A stretch of DNA of 63,986 bases, the filler included, from Octopus bimaculoides (lineage: Eukaryota), in assembly GCF_001194135.2 (NCBI RefSeq). It is 5 parts of 5 records of this genome, joined end to end, with 100 filler letters (N's around TTAATTAATTAA, not from the genome) between each part and the next. Parts side by side here need not be neighbours in the genome. Positions count along the whole stretch, not along the records: positions 23,086 to 39,725 come from NC_068983.1; positions 39,826 to 44,424 come from NC_068986.1; positions 44,525 to 60,629 come from NC_068998.1; 2 more parts are not named here. One strand, 5' to 3'. A model generated the notes under the pieces. That model was not told the DNA's origin. It was given only the letters and a program-made list of their open reading frames with translations, and ran no database searches. Shown here piece by piece: positions 37,821-51,528 of this stretch (the first letter of the stretch is position 1; the number at the start of each line of letters is the position of its first letter). Position numbers and translations under genes: made by a program.

Positions 37821-39825
37821 GAAACTAAAAGAAGCCAGGTACAACATAATTGTTGATTCGGTTAGTTATGTCCATTCTCTTGAATATCAGTGTTGTGACA
37901 ATGTTAAAATTATTTGCTTGATGGCTTGGTTCCGTGGTAGTTATGACGATAAATGTTTTAGTTGATTCAATCAGCCGATCAGCCTGCTAATGAAATTAAT
38001 ATACAAGCGGTTGAGCACTCCATGGACACACGTACTCTTAATGTGATTCTCAGGAAGATTCAGGGTGATACAGAATGTGACAAGTCTGGCCCTTTTGAAA
38101 TACAGGTACAACTCATTTTTTCCAGCTGAGTTGACTGCAGCAATGCTAAATAAAGTGTCTTGCTCAAGGTCACAATGTGCCACTGGGAAATCGAACTCAT
38201 GACCTTGTGACTGTGAGCCAATTACCCTAACCACTAAACTATGTACCATCTTACCACACAGCCATGCCTGAACCTACAAAAGATATTTTAATTTGATTGT
38301 TTTAGTCCACAGAATAACAGTAGGATCGAAGAACTGGCAGAAAGGCAACCTCAGATGGTGCCACATGATGGCCTCTACTTCGAATGCTTGGCTGCTTTTG
38401 TTGCAACTTGAAAAATAAAACAAAAGTTACCAAAATGTTGCAAACTTTTTGACTCATCACAATATCTTCTTTTTCGCTCTACTGGATAAGACATATTCTG
38501 CATCATTACTTTATTTTCCTTGCACTAACAGTTTAACTGGATAAAATGATTGAAAAATGCTGTCAGCTAAGCTTAGTTGGAGTAAGCAGAGTTCAATGTC
38601 TTGTTCAAGTAATATCTATAGAAATAACTTGCTTTAATATTACAGAGGTATAGTGAAGGCAAAATGGCCCAGTGGTTAGAGCAGCAGACTCGAGGTTATA
38701 GGATCGCAGTTTGGATTCGCAGACTGGACGTTGTGAGAGTTTATTGAGCAAAAACACCTAAAGCTCCACGAGTCTCCGGCAGGGGATGGTGGTGAACCCT
38801 GCTGTACTCTTTCACCACAACTTTCTCTTACTCTTTCTTCCTATTTCTGTTGTACCTGTAATTCAAAGGGCCACAATGTGTCACACTGAATCTTTCCGAG
38901 AACTACATTAAGGGTACACGTGTCTGTGGAGTGCTCAGCCACTTGCACGTTAATTTCAAGAGCAGTCTGTTCCATTCATCATATCAGTGGTTAGGGCAGT
39001 GGACTCGCAGTCTTAGGATCATGGTTTCAATTCCCAGACAAGATGTTGTGAGTGTTTATTGATCAAATCAACTGGAAACCTTGTCGTCGTAACCGAAGGA
39101 ATGCCACGACACAGGTATAAAAGTTCCTTTACTCTTATCCACTATTCTTCAAATTTAACAAAGGAAATATCTTTCTTTTAATGGAAACATATCATAGTTT
39201 AACTTCCATTTAGTAACCGTATGGGATGTTCTTCTTTTATTTAAAAGTTAAATTTTTATTAATAGCTTTTAATAAAAATATACCAAGAAAGATTTCATAT
39301 GGATAAAACTTTCTGCAGGCACTAGTTCTTGTTATCATAATTTTCTAATTAAAAATATAGTCTATATTTTAAAAATAGGGATAATTGTTCCATGTTTTCT
39401 GTAAGTAGTATAATCACATAAAGCTTACAGCAAAGAAGACGTTCATCAATCAGAAATTACTTCTAATGTTGTTGATAGTAAAGCGTGATTATAAAATTTT
39501 ACTTCTCTATTGTTATTCTGTGGACTAAAACAAATCAGGTTAGAATATCTTCTGTGTATAGGTGCAGGCGTGGCTGTGTGGTAAGAAGCTTGCACCCAAA
39601 CCACATGGGTTTAGTCCCAACGTGTAGCACTTGGTTCAAGTGTCTTCTGTTATAGCCTGAAGCCAACCAAAGTCTTTCGAGTGGATTTGGCTGACAGAAA
39701 TTAAAAGAAAACCATTATATATATANNNNNNNNNNNNNNNNNNNNNNNNNNNNNNNNNNNNNNNNNNNNTTAATTAATTAANNNNNNNNNNNNNNNNNNN
39801 NNNNNNNNNNNNNNNNNNNNNNNNN

Positions 39826-40147
39826 CTGCTCGTGAAATTAACATGCAAGTGGCTGAGCACTCCACAGACACGTGTACCCTTAATGTAGTTCTCGGGGATA
39901 TTCAGCGTGACACAGAGTATGACAAGGCTGGCCCTTCGAAATACAGGCACAACAGAAACAGGAAGAAAGAGTGAGAGAAAGTTGTGGTGAAAGAATACAG
40001 CAGGGTTCGCCACCATGCCCTGCTGGAGCCACGTGGAGCTTTAGGTGTTTTCGCTCAATAAACACTCACAACGCCCGGTCTGGGAATCGAAACCGCGATC
40101 CTATGACCGCGACTCCGCTGCCCTAACTACTGGGCCATTGCGCCTCC
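39826..40147 (-). mobile_element. SINE family C copy
   Basis: Reverse complement of 4744-5060 at high identity. Confidence 0.85.
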
Positions 40148-40685
40148 GATTGATAAAGTAAGAACCAGTCATGCGTTGTGGTCGATGTAATAAACCCCTC
40201 CCCTAAAATTTGAGGTATTATGCCTGTACGTATAAATATATAAATTGGTTTCAAATTGCTGGTACAAGGCCAGCAATTTGAGGGGAGAGCTTGAGTCGAT
40301 TACATCGACCCAGTATTCAACTGGTACTTATTTCATCAACCCCGAAAGGATGAAAGGCAAAGTCGACCTCGGTGGAATTTGAACTCAAAACGTGAAGTCG
40401 GAAGAAATGCTGCTAACCATTTTGTCCGTTGCCATAACGATTCTGTTAGCTCGCTGCCTTAGTAGAAAGAAATAGGGGTTAAGTCGATTACATTGACCTC
40501 GGTACTCAACTGGTACTTATTTTATTCGCTCCGGAAAGGTGAAAGGCAAAGTCAACCTCGGCAAAACTTGAACTCAGATGGACGAAATACCGCTAAGCAT
40601 TTTGGGAAGGATTCTGCCAGCTCGCTACCCTGTAGAGAGAAATATGCTAACACACACAGCATATAACATTGGACTTCAGTTTTTG

Positions 40686-40737
<52 letters not shown>

Positions 40738-40742
<5 letters not shown>

Positions 40743-41343
40743 TAGTTTTATTTTTATAACGTGCTTTCACTTCACTACCGAGCGCAGCTCTGTGCGCCTT
40801 GGGTATATGCTGTGGTTTGCTGTGGTGCTCTTATGTTTACTGTATTGAAAGTGTTTTGCGTAGAATGTGTGCAGTACCCAGTAGTGCAATTTTCTGTATG
40901 TTATATATATTTGTAAGTCCTGGTGTTTTTGTTATGTATTTGTCTGAATATTTTTTTATTATACCTAAGGCACCTACTATGNNNNNNNNNNNNNNNNNNN
41001 NNNNNNNNNNNNNNNNNNNNNNNNNNNNNNNNNNNNNNNNNNNNNNNNNNNNNNNNNNNNNNNNNNNNNNNNNNNNNNNNNNNNNTGACAACTATATCTG
41101 GTCTATTTGCCTTAATTTCTCTATCTGTGTGTATTGGCATATCCCAGAGTATGGTTGCTTTCTCGTTTTCTGTGACCTTTTCTGGCGTGTGTTTATAACA
41201 TCTTTTTTCTGTTGCTATTCCATAATGTTGGCATAGCTTCCAGTGTATATAGGTCCCAGCTCTGTCGTGTCTGTGAATATATTCCTTCTTAGCCAGGACT
41301 GGGCAGCCAGAGATAATATGATTTATTGTTTCTTGTCGATCTC

Positions 41344-41344
<1 letters not shown>
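40738..41344 (-). mobile_element. 5'-truncated R4/Dong-like non-LTR retrotransposon (internal gap)
   Basis: ETINHIISGC (CCHC knuckle), RHD, ILWD, NRPDIVV (REL nuclease PD motif), then the same C-terminus as 2616-2860. Embedded in (AAT)n on its sense strand. Confidence 0.88.
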
Positions 41345-41394
<50 letters not shown>

Positions 41395-41621
41395 GGCGGC
41401 GTGCCTTAATAATAATAATAATCGTTAGCACGCCGGGTGAAATGCTTAGCGGTATTTCGTCTGTCGTTACGTTCTGAGTTCAAATTCCGCCGAGGTCGTC
41501 TTTGCCTTTCATCCTTTCGAGATCGATAAAGTAAGTAGCAGTTGAGTACTGGGGTCAATGTAATCGACTTAACCTCTCTCCTCCACCAAATATTTCAGGC
41601 CTTGTGCCTAAAGCAGAAAGG

Positions 41622-41800
<179 letters not shown>

Positions 41801-42600
41801 TAGTATGTGTTTTCTTCCGTCAATTTTGTTTCCATTTCTAGCTGAGTATCTCCCGTTCGGGGTTTGAGTACTGGGGTCGATGTAATCAACTAACTCCTCC
41901 CTCAAAATTTCAGGCCTCGTGCTTATAGTAAAATTCCGCCGAGGTCGACATTGCCTTTCATGCTTTCGAGGTCAATAAATTAAGTACCAGTTACGTACTG
42001 GGTCGAACTAATCGACTGCCCCCTCCCCAAACATTTCGGGCCTTGTACCTAGAGTAGAAAGGGAATATTGCTTATATATCATGCTACACTCGCAGCATAC
42101 TCATCGAAGCCTCTCAAAAGTAGGCCATCCAATGAGCTCGAGCATATGGATGTATATATTCTTTTCACTAACCTATTTCTTCTATTGATGACACAACAAC
42201 CTCTGATCAGATTTCACGAGATATCCGTATACCTAGTCCATCCGGGCTTTAATCAGCGTAACTATGTGTCACTTCCCATACTTTTACATCAAACACTTGT
42301 CTAATCTTTTCTCCCCTGAGCTATAAATCCTCTGAAATCCCCTTCCTATCTCCGTTTTTTTCTCTTCTTACAGACGTCGAAATATAAATATCTCATATTA
42401 AACAAAACCCACCTTAGAAATAATACATTTCTAAATCTCTCAGAGAGATTTATGCAGTAGTGATACGATGAAGTAGTTGTATGCTGTCAACTTAACGTGA
42501 CAGTCCCATGAAGGGAATAATACTACTGTTGTTTAGACTTAGGAAGCTGCACCGCTTCCTGTCGGCCTTGACACATTTCCTGCGTCCTTATGTTTACAAG

Positions 42601-42724
42601 CGGGAGACAAGCATCTCCACCCAGCTAAGCCTGCATCCAGAGACATGTTTCTGAGATGACGAGCAAAGACTCAGAAACGTGTTTCTGGATGCAGGCTTAG
42701 CTGGGTGGAGGTGCTTGTCTCCCG
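42601..42724. repeat. 55-bp inverted repeat with 14-nt loop
   Basis: Arms 42601-42655 and 42670-42724; three differences, all G.U-compatible on the + strand. Confidence 0.95.
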
Positions 42725-43104
42725 NNNNNNNNNNNNNNNNNNNNNNNNNNNNNNNNNNNNNNNNNNNNNNNNNNNNNNNNNNNNNNNNNNNNNNNNNNNN
42801 NNNNNNNNNNNNNNNNNNNNNNNNNNNNNNNNNNNNNNNNNNNNNNNNNNNNNNNNNNNNNNNNNNNNNNNNNNNNNNNNNNNNNNNNNNNNNNNNNNNN
42901 NNNNNNNNNNNNNNNNNNNNNNNNNNNNNNNNNNNNNNNNNNNNNNNNNNNNNNNNNNNNNNNNNNNNNNNNNNNNNNNNNNNNNNNNNNNNNNNNNNNN
43001 NNNNNNNNNNNNNNNNNNNNNNNNNNNNNNNNNNNNNNNNNNNNNNNNNNNNNNNNNNNNNNNNNNNNNNNNNNNNNNNNNNNNNNNNNNNTCACACACA
43101 CACA

Positions 43105-43157
<53 letters not shown>

Positions 43158-44391
43158 ACACTAAACACACACACGCACACACTAAACACACACACGGCGG
43201 GCTTCCACTCAGTTTCTGTCTACCAAATTCACACACAAGGCATTGAACGGTCCGAGGATATCCTAAAGGATACACTTACCCCGAGGTGCCGCGTTGTGGA
43301 ACTGAACCTAAAACTACGTGGTCACAAAGCGAGCTTTTTAACAACACAGCCTTACCTGATAAACACATAAATTTCTTTAAAAAATGTTAGTTCTCAACAG
43401 GGCCACATCTGGTCGATTAAACTGACCCTGATACTTGACCAGAGGATATTTGTCAACCTGCAAGTGAAAAAAAAAGCAGATAAACTCAGGGAAGATTTAA
43501 ACATAGAACATATCCACGCACAACTAAATGTGTAATGTAAGGCAGTTCACATGACCTCATATGCCCTCTCCGTTCCCTTCAGATACTGCCTGTGTACAGA
43601 AATGGTTCATATATGAGAGATGTAATCATAAATATATAAAATGTTAAAAAAAATATTCAACACACCCATGATTTGTTGCACCTAATATAAGTTTGTGAAC
43701 AATATTAATCGTATTTTTAGTCATTGGGCGACAATTTTAGTTTGAATTTCAAGCATTCCATATCAAGCATACTTTAGGTGAAATATGATATGTGCTAGGA
43801 TAGGTGTACGACATAACTGATAACTAAATACAGGTGATTATAATGATGATGAAATAAATAAATGAAAAATTAATCATCTAATCATTATCTATTTTTTATA
43901 ATGATTTTGCTAAGTTTATCGCTTAAATGTATGACCTAATTCAAATTTCAAATTGACAGGTTTGTTGAGAAACAATGGATTACTTCAATTCAGTTTTGAA
44001 ATGCGAACTACAGCTTACAGTGCGGGGAATGAAAAAGAAGCTCGGCCTGGCTTTCTGTTACCCACAAATAATTGCTTTTCTATTTCACTCCAAAAAACAG
44101 ATATGCCATGTTAACATTCTGTTTATACACAAAGAATCCAAAAAACTTGACACCATTTGCGTAATTTGCTCTTTTACTTTTTTACTTGTTTCAGTCATTT
44201 GACTACGGCCATGCTGGAGCACCGCCTTTAGTCGAGCAAATCGATCCCAGGACTTTATTCTTTGTAAGCCTACTACTTATTCTATCGGTCTTTTTTGCCG
44301 AACCGCTAGGTTACGGGGACGTAAGCACACCAGCATCGGTTGTGAAGCGATGTTGGGGGGGACAAACACAGACACACAAACATATACACAC

Positions 44392-44424
<33 letters not shown>

Positions 44425-44563
44425 NNNNNNNNNNNNNNNNNNNNNNNNNNNNNNNNNNNNNNNNNNNNTTAATTAATTAANNNNNNNNNNNNNNNNNNNN
44501 NNNNNNNNNNNNNNNNNNNNNNNNAATTGTAAATCCCAAAAATAACAACAAAAATACAAAGGA

Positions 44564-44636
44564 TTCTGCGGTACACGTGTTTCAAGCTGTATATCAGTGT
44601 ATAATTTACAATACAAAGCTATCTTCAGCCGCAAAA
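44564..44636 (-). ncRNA. Type I hammerhead ribozyme motif
   Basis: Minus strand TTTTGCGG-CTGAAGA-T-AGCT(...)AGCT-T-GAAA-CACGTG-T-A^CCGCAGAA. 8-bp stem I, palindromic ACACGTGT. Confidence 0.85.
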
Positions 44637-44876
44637 GTATTTCTCTCCCAGGAAATTATATCACATCGTCGTTAAATGAGGAAGAAAGGTGTGATATAAG
44701 AGGTGAAGATCCTTTCGGTATTTTGTATAGTACTATACCTCGTATAATTCTCCATTTACACATAATTTCTTCGGTCCTCCGAAAACCGTCCATGCCTTGC
44801 CACGATCAACCACGAGCTGGCATACACAGGCGCTTACAATTGTCAAGTATTACCTCTAAATTTTACTTTACCTACG

Positions 44877-44907
<31 letters not shown>

Positions 44908-45175
44908 GTATATATATAAAATCCAACTAAGACTTAGAGGCACATAACAACATTTCGTCACAGTTACTTTGCCTCAACCGGTCCAGGCCTCTTTAAAACC
45001 ATAAACGACCCTTCATGTTTGTTTTCGTTCGGTTTCCTTGTATGTCTGTACTTTCCTATTTTTGTTCCCAATTTTGACCTTCCATAAATCCTAAATTTTA
45101 TTTTAGAATCTATGGTTACAACTGTCTTCGAAGACTCATATTGTCGTTGAATGATCGAAATGAGGAGTAGATAGA

Positions 45176-45580
45176 CGCAGGAATGGCTGTGGGGTAAGTA
45201 GCTTGCTTACCAACCACATGGTTCTGGGTTCAGTCCCACTGCGTGACACCTTGGGCAAGTGTCTTCTACTATAGCCTCGGGCCGACCAAAGACTTGTGAG
45301 TGGATTTGGTAGACGGAAACTGAAAGAAGCCTGTCGTATATATGTATATATATATATATATGTATGTGTGTGTAATTTGTTTGTGTGTCTGTTTTTTCCC
45401 CCCAACGTCGCTTGACAACCGATGCTGGTGTGCTTACGACCCCGTAACTTAGCGGTTCGGCAAAAGAGAACGATAAAATAAGTGCTAAGCTGACAAAGAA
45501 TAAGTTCTAGGGTCGATTTGCTCGACTGAAGGCGGTGCTCCAGCATGGCCACAGTCAAATGACTGAAACAAGTAAAAGAG
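45176..45580 (+). mobile_element. tRNA-derived SINE, family B, full length (other copies approx. 5180-5360 -, 8085-8270 -, 11735-12110 +, 22519-22870 -, 29555-29700 +, 35670-36130 -, 37220-37370 +, 39560-39720 +, 43185-43360 -, 44180-44400 -, 52980-53335 +)
   Basis: tRNA-like head (TGGCTGTG..GTAAG, GGGTTCAGTCCC), CORE-like GACACCTTGGGCAAGT segment, central TA/GT microsatellite, tail ending gactgaaacaagtaaaag. Confidence 0.85.
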
Positions 45581-45661
45581 TATATATATATGTATATATT
45601 TGCATATATATATGTTTATTTTTAGTTAATTGAGCGCCAGGCATGTATTTCCAAGTGAGTT

Positions 45662-45693
<32 letters not shown>

Positions 45694-45719
45694 TGTATGT
45701 ATGTACGTGTGTGTGTGTA

Positions 45720-45767
<48 letters not shown>

Positions 45768-47008
45768 TATGCATGTATATATGTTTATCTGACTAAATTC
45801 TAAATTTACGATTTAGTGTATTATATTTCTAATAGTAGATCACACCAAGTCCTTGTATTCATCTTTCAAAATTGTCCCCTTCAACTTTTCACAATTGTCT
45901 GATGCATTAGTCTCAACCAATATGTACTTGTTCGAAGTATTCTCGTGGTGCAAACCTCCATATTTTATATACGAATCACCAGTATTAGACTGTACGATTC
46001 ATGTACTTTTTTCACATTCCATTCTCACCAGTACTTACAGTTTACATAGTGAAAACCACTGTTGTCAAGAGACCGCATGAGGAACGTTTCACGAGATCTT
46101 TCGTCCTGCAATGTTTAGCAGCTAGATCTGTCTGAAACCACAATATATAGCCGTTAATGTAACTGATGAACACATTAAGTATTTTACTCTGATATGAAGT
46201 TGTATTTGTAAATACGGACTGGATGTAGTTATAAGTATTAGTGGTCGGTGCTATTTGCTTTTGGTTACTTCTGATCGAACCAATATATTAAGTACCAAAA
46301 CTGCATGGAAGCATTTTAAAGTTAGAAGCCAGGGTGTTTTGAAAGTGTTTCTACTTCTGTTTATGAAAATTCGAGCGACCAGGAGGTGATTGACACTTTG
46401 ATGCAATATGCATATGTAGGTGTGTGCTTCGTTGTGAACGTGTGTGTAAAATCATTCGGGCATGTGTGCCCGCGTGTGAATATGATTAATTAGGAATGCA
46501 AGCGTTGCATGTTCCTTGTTTATAATTGATTCTCATGATACAAATGATCAAATGAAGATTTCTAATTAAAACATAATTAATTCATGTAATCACGTTATTA
46601 CCGAGAGGATAATACCGGGGGTGGATAAAGTAATATAAGAAGACAAATATGCTGTAAATACAGAAGATTCCATACACAACTAAGAAAGTAGTTTAATATG
46701 GATCAACACGTGCTACAAATCATATACAATTCAAATTCAATCTAAGGACAAATTTTCTAGATATTCTCCTGAGATAAAGAGAGATTATCATAAACTAAAT
46801 GAGTAAATAAGCATATCAAAAGAAAATTAGTTGAATATAAATTTCATAATGTGTAACTGTGTGGTAAGAAGCTTACGCAGGGTTCCGATTTTAATCTGAC
46901 TGCGTAGTACCGTTGACAATAATCTACTATAATCTAGGGTTGACCAAAGCCTTGTGATTGGATTTGGCTGGCAGAAAATGAAAGAAGCCCGTAGCATTTA
47001 CATATATT

Positions 47009-50000
47009 CTTCTTCCTTATTATACCTGATAGAATGCTCTGACAAATTGAATTTTTCGAATACTGCTTAGACTGATCAGCATGCAGCTTACACGTCACGG
47101 TTTATCGGGCGCACTGATATTACTGTCATATATCCCGCTATTATTTTAACCAATTAGCGTGCGGTTTACATGCAATGGTTTTATGAGTGAGCAAACTTAG
47201 TTGGCTTCGATCGTTTTTATTTCAATCGGTGGGAGTTTTCTGTAATTTGTTCATATTTTAAAATAGCCACGGGAAACATACCTGAGAAAATGAAAGAAAT
47301 GTGGATTAAAGATATTACAAAAGAAGAAATTAAATGAAGACATTTATGGGGAAAAAACAATTGTTCCTTGATAAATATGCTGCAAACCACGGTAATATCA
47401 CCTCAGTACCACGCAAAAGAAATATAAGGAAGCAACCTAACCAACCCAACATACACGAAAACACGTGGCAACAAAAACAGTCAACCACAAGGAACTACGC
47501 TAAGAGCTTTTTATCATTTAAAAATAAAAAGAAATATACCAATACACATAACATACAAGAATACCGTGAACAAAAATATTCCTTTGATTAAAACGTTAGT
47601 AAACAAAACAATAATTCATTTTGTCAAAATATTTGAGGAAGAAAAACCGGGAAGAGATAACATTCATGACCTCAAACAAAATCGCCTATTAGAAACAGAA
47701 CAAACACCCATACTAGACAGTGAAATAAACCCTCAAAATTTTCACAAGCTAAAAATATAAATAGCATACCCACATCTAGGAACAAGAGAAAAAACATACC
47801 TAACCAATCACCACAACTACAATACAAAGCTCACCAGAGAAAAAATCTTAAGAACAGAAGAAATTTTAGACAAAATGAATCTATTTTTCAGGGTCAGGAC
47901 AGCAAGCACGAAAGAAAGAAAAAGTCCAAGAAGAAACACCTGATAGGATAGACAACTGTTAGGAACAGCTGATAGGATAAACCCTAAAATTATTAATCTG
48001 TCAAAAAGAAATATAGACAGTGACCAACTTTGACTATTGATAAAAGGACTGAAATTCAACCTATACCTACAGTCAAACATTAGGAATTGGAGGAAGATAT
48101 CCAAATCTTTTATCGGAAACTACGACTTGTGGAGGGTTTTACAGATAAGAGTAGTGAGAATGACGAAACCTTGGTGAAAAATAAATTATAATTTAACCCG
48201 CCAAAAGGACAATATACACATCTAGATGTGTTCATTGATATCACTGAGGGATAATATTGACATCAACATTTCTAAACGAAAAAAGTCTTCCCTTATAGAT
48301 CTTAAAAATGACAATAGAATTGTCATCAAACAAGAGGATAAAGCGGGGTGCTATTGTTATAGAGGTTACGGAATATTACCGGGATCTAGCCGAAGATCAA
48401 TTGAAGGATACAACATTCTACCGTGAAATACCTTCAAATATTGTCCACAGCATCATGAAGAAACTCTATAATTTAGTCTTAAAACATTATAACTTCCTCA
48501 CTTGTAATGAAAGGGACTATATTATCAATTTTGAGTCGAAATCCAGCAATTTTTGTGCCTTAACTAAAATACACAAATCAAAAGAAATACAAAATGCTAT
48601 GAAAATCAAGGTAGTGAATACACGAAACTACTACAACCAAAATACCTTAAACTAAAACCCATTATTGTTGGTCCAGCCTGTCCTACACATCGCCTGAGCA
48701 ACCTCATTGTCATTATCCTAAAACCACTATGTAGTCACACACCCAGTTTCATTCGGGATGACATTGATTTCTGTTACATCTGCCAAAAACAACAGAATCC
48801 AATACAATGTAACAAACTTATATACGAACATTCCACATAATTTAGGAATTACTGCTATAAAATACTGGGTCGAAAAGCATAGGGAAGTGATCTCCATTAG
48901 ACTTACTGTAACCTTCATACTAGACGCGGTCAGCCTCATCATTGAAAACAAAACATTCCTTTTCAACGGAAAAAAATCTATCACCAAATTCGAAGGATAG
49001 CTGGGGACGCGATTTGCTCCAGTTTTTTCTGAACTCAGTATTGGGATACTTGGAACAAAATCTATATTTTTAAAAAATTGAAGAAAACTATGGCATGACC
49101 TTTAAAAAGCATATGGAGGACACATGGAAAGATACCTCGATGGTTGTTTCCTAATTTGCACCAAATCCCTAAAAATTCTGGAAGAATTCAACACTCTCCT
49201 CAACAATCTCCACCCTAGTCTCAAATTCACAAGAAAAATGAGCAACACACAATTGCCATTTCTTGACATAATGGTAATTAAAAACAACACCACTATCACA
49301 ACTGATATTTATTTTAAAAAATCACAGATATACACCAGCACCTAAATTTCAAATCATACCACCCAACACACAAAACGCAACATCCCGTACTGTCTAACCA
49401 GGAAAATTTGTACTATAGTAGATGATCCAAGTACCAGGAACATACTACTTATAGAACTCAAAAATACCCTCTCCAGCTCATAGAAAATAGCATACAACGA
49501 ACAAAAGAGCTCCCTACAGAACAACTTAGGGCAACACGAGAAAGACAAATCCATCAACGGAACACAACATCATTCCTAGTAATACACAATCCGCGTCGCC
49601 AAAACATTTTTAACATCATCAAAACAAATTTGCCAATCATGAAAGAAGGTGAAAATTTTTTGAACCATAACAAATAATCAGACACTTATCTTAAGCAAAA
49701 GGCAGCCAGGATAAAACATTCACAGTATCCGAGTGTAATGTTAACGGATGTGGAACGTGTAAATACATGCGTACTGGTAGATCCATTAGAACAAAAAAAA
49801 TGAACATATTTTCACAAATAGAGACGTGGACGGCAAAAGTAGACATGTGATCTTTGCATTAAGTGCCCTAATTGCGAAGAACTATATGTTGGCGAGTCAG
49901 GGAATGCATTATCGGAACACTCACGTGTTCACAGACTACGAATCCGGAGCACTAATGTTCGCCAAATTCTATTGAGCGAACATATAGAAACGTGGTCAGA

Positions 50001-50480
50001 AAAGGTTTCTAATTTTTCGTTTCCACAAACTACATGACACAAGTGAGGTTGGAAGAAAGATACAGACCTGTTCTGAATGGAAATAACAACAAGTTAATGA
50101 TATGGATTGAAATATATTTTTAACATGTGAATATAAACAAATTAAATAAGATCCCCACCGACTGAAATAAAAACGATCAAAACAAAGGTTGCTCACTCAT
50201 AAAACCATTACATGTAAACCGCAAGCTAATTAGTGAAAATAAAGGCGGGATCGATGCCAGTAATATCGGTGCGCCCGACAATCTGTGAGGTTTAAGCTAC
50301 ATACTGATTGGTCAAAACCGTATTCGAAAAATTCCATTTTCTCGGAGCCTTCTAACAAGTATAAAAAGGAAGAAGTCAAGTCATTTTACTACAGCTGTCA
50401 AGAATTCAAGTCAACTGTCAGTCAATAAATTCTGGAAATCTGATGATTACTAGAAACGTATGAAAGCGCTAATTGAATTT
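47009..50480 (+). mobile_element. Decayed near full-length Penelope-like retroelement (RT + C-terminal GIY-YIG) with inverted pseudo-LTR
   Basis: Frameshifted motifs in order: IINLSK..LLIKGLKF, IVIKQEDKAG, KIHK, LKPIIVGP..PTHRLS, NLYTNIPH, RYLDG (RYIDD-like), NNLHPSLKFT..LPFLDIMV, FALKCPNC..LYVGESG (GIY-YIG-like). Inverted repeat 47009-47233 vs 50154-50375. Confidence 0.9.
50427..50480 (+). ncRNA. Type I hammerhead motif in the 3' pLTR region of the PLE
   Basis: AAATTC-tgga-AAT-CTGATGA-T-TAC(tagaaac)GTA-T-GAAA-GCGC-T-A^ATT-GAATTT. Bulged stem I, palindromic AGCGCT. Confidence 0.8.
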
Positions 50481-50639
50481 TATGAACATTGCTAAATATT
50501 CATTTTTAATGTTTAACAAACTTCAAAATTATAAAATACAATATTTTAAAAATACAATAATAAAAAACGTGCAAACCAGACCATGTTATAACTTTATTCA
50601 TCTGGTATATTATTCTATACACAATTACATAATTTCGGG

Positions 50640-50676
<37 letters not shown>

Positions 50677-51478
50677 TTTGTATCTTTGTGTGCGTGTTTA
50701 TCCACCACGTCCACTTGAGAGCAAAGTACCAAGCTTAAAATATAATTAATGGGGTCGATTCTTTCGAACTAAAATATTCAATGCGGTACACAAGCATGAC
50801 CGCAGTCTAAAAACTGAAACAAGTTAAAGATAAAGGATAAATAATAAATGATAAAAGATGCATGTGTGTGTGAGTGTGTGTGTGTGTGTGTACGTGCGCG
50901 CGCGCGTGTGTAGTGGATCTTCGTCGATTTAACGATGGTTCTTCAACAGTAGGAAAGATATTGCCGTTTACCACTTAGGTATTCAACAGGTATATTTACT
51001 TTCATACGTATATGATAGGATTGGGTCCTCTCTCGAACTGAACTGCCAAGCATTTCGACTCAGTTAAGGAAGGCGCATGTTAAGTGGACAGGCAACCTTG
51101 TTGGAAAGTCCTACACACCTATAATCCATCCGGCATATATTGCCGATATTCTTTCCATTCGATTTCATTCATAGGCTTAGTTCGACACGATGCTACATAA
51201 CAAAGGGCACGTGCCCATGTTAAAATGGTGTCATATGCAGCTGGTTGTATCATGATCTGATACGTCAGTGTGTGTGCGCGCGTATGTCCGAATTTATTGT
51301 AGCGAGAGAGTGTGTGTAGGGGTGAGGAAGGTAAGAGAGATGCTCCATACAAAGTTTGAAGCCAAATTTACTCAGTAACCTGATTTTATTGAACATTATC
51401 TTGGTATAGTCACCTACATACTTATAAATATGAGTGTAGGTATGTATTTTCATATCTTTGTGTGTGTGTGTGTGTATG

Positions 51479-51528
<50 letters not shown>

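Noticed and set aside
46075-46125. Minus-strand ACGA..TCGT-GAAACGTT
   Set aside because: No CUGANGA box or stem I partner.
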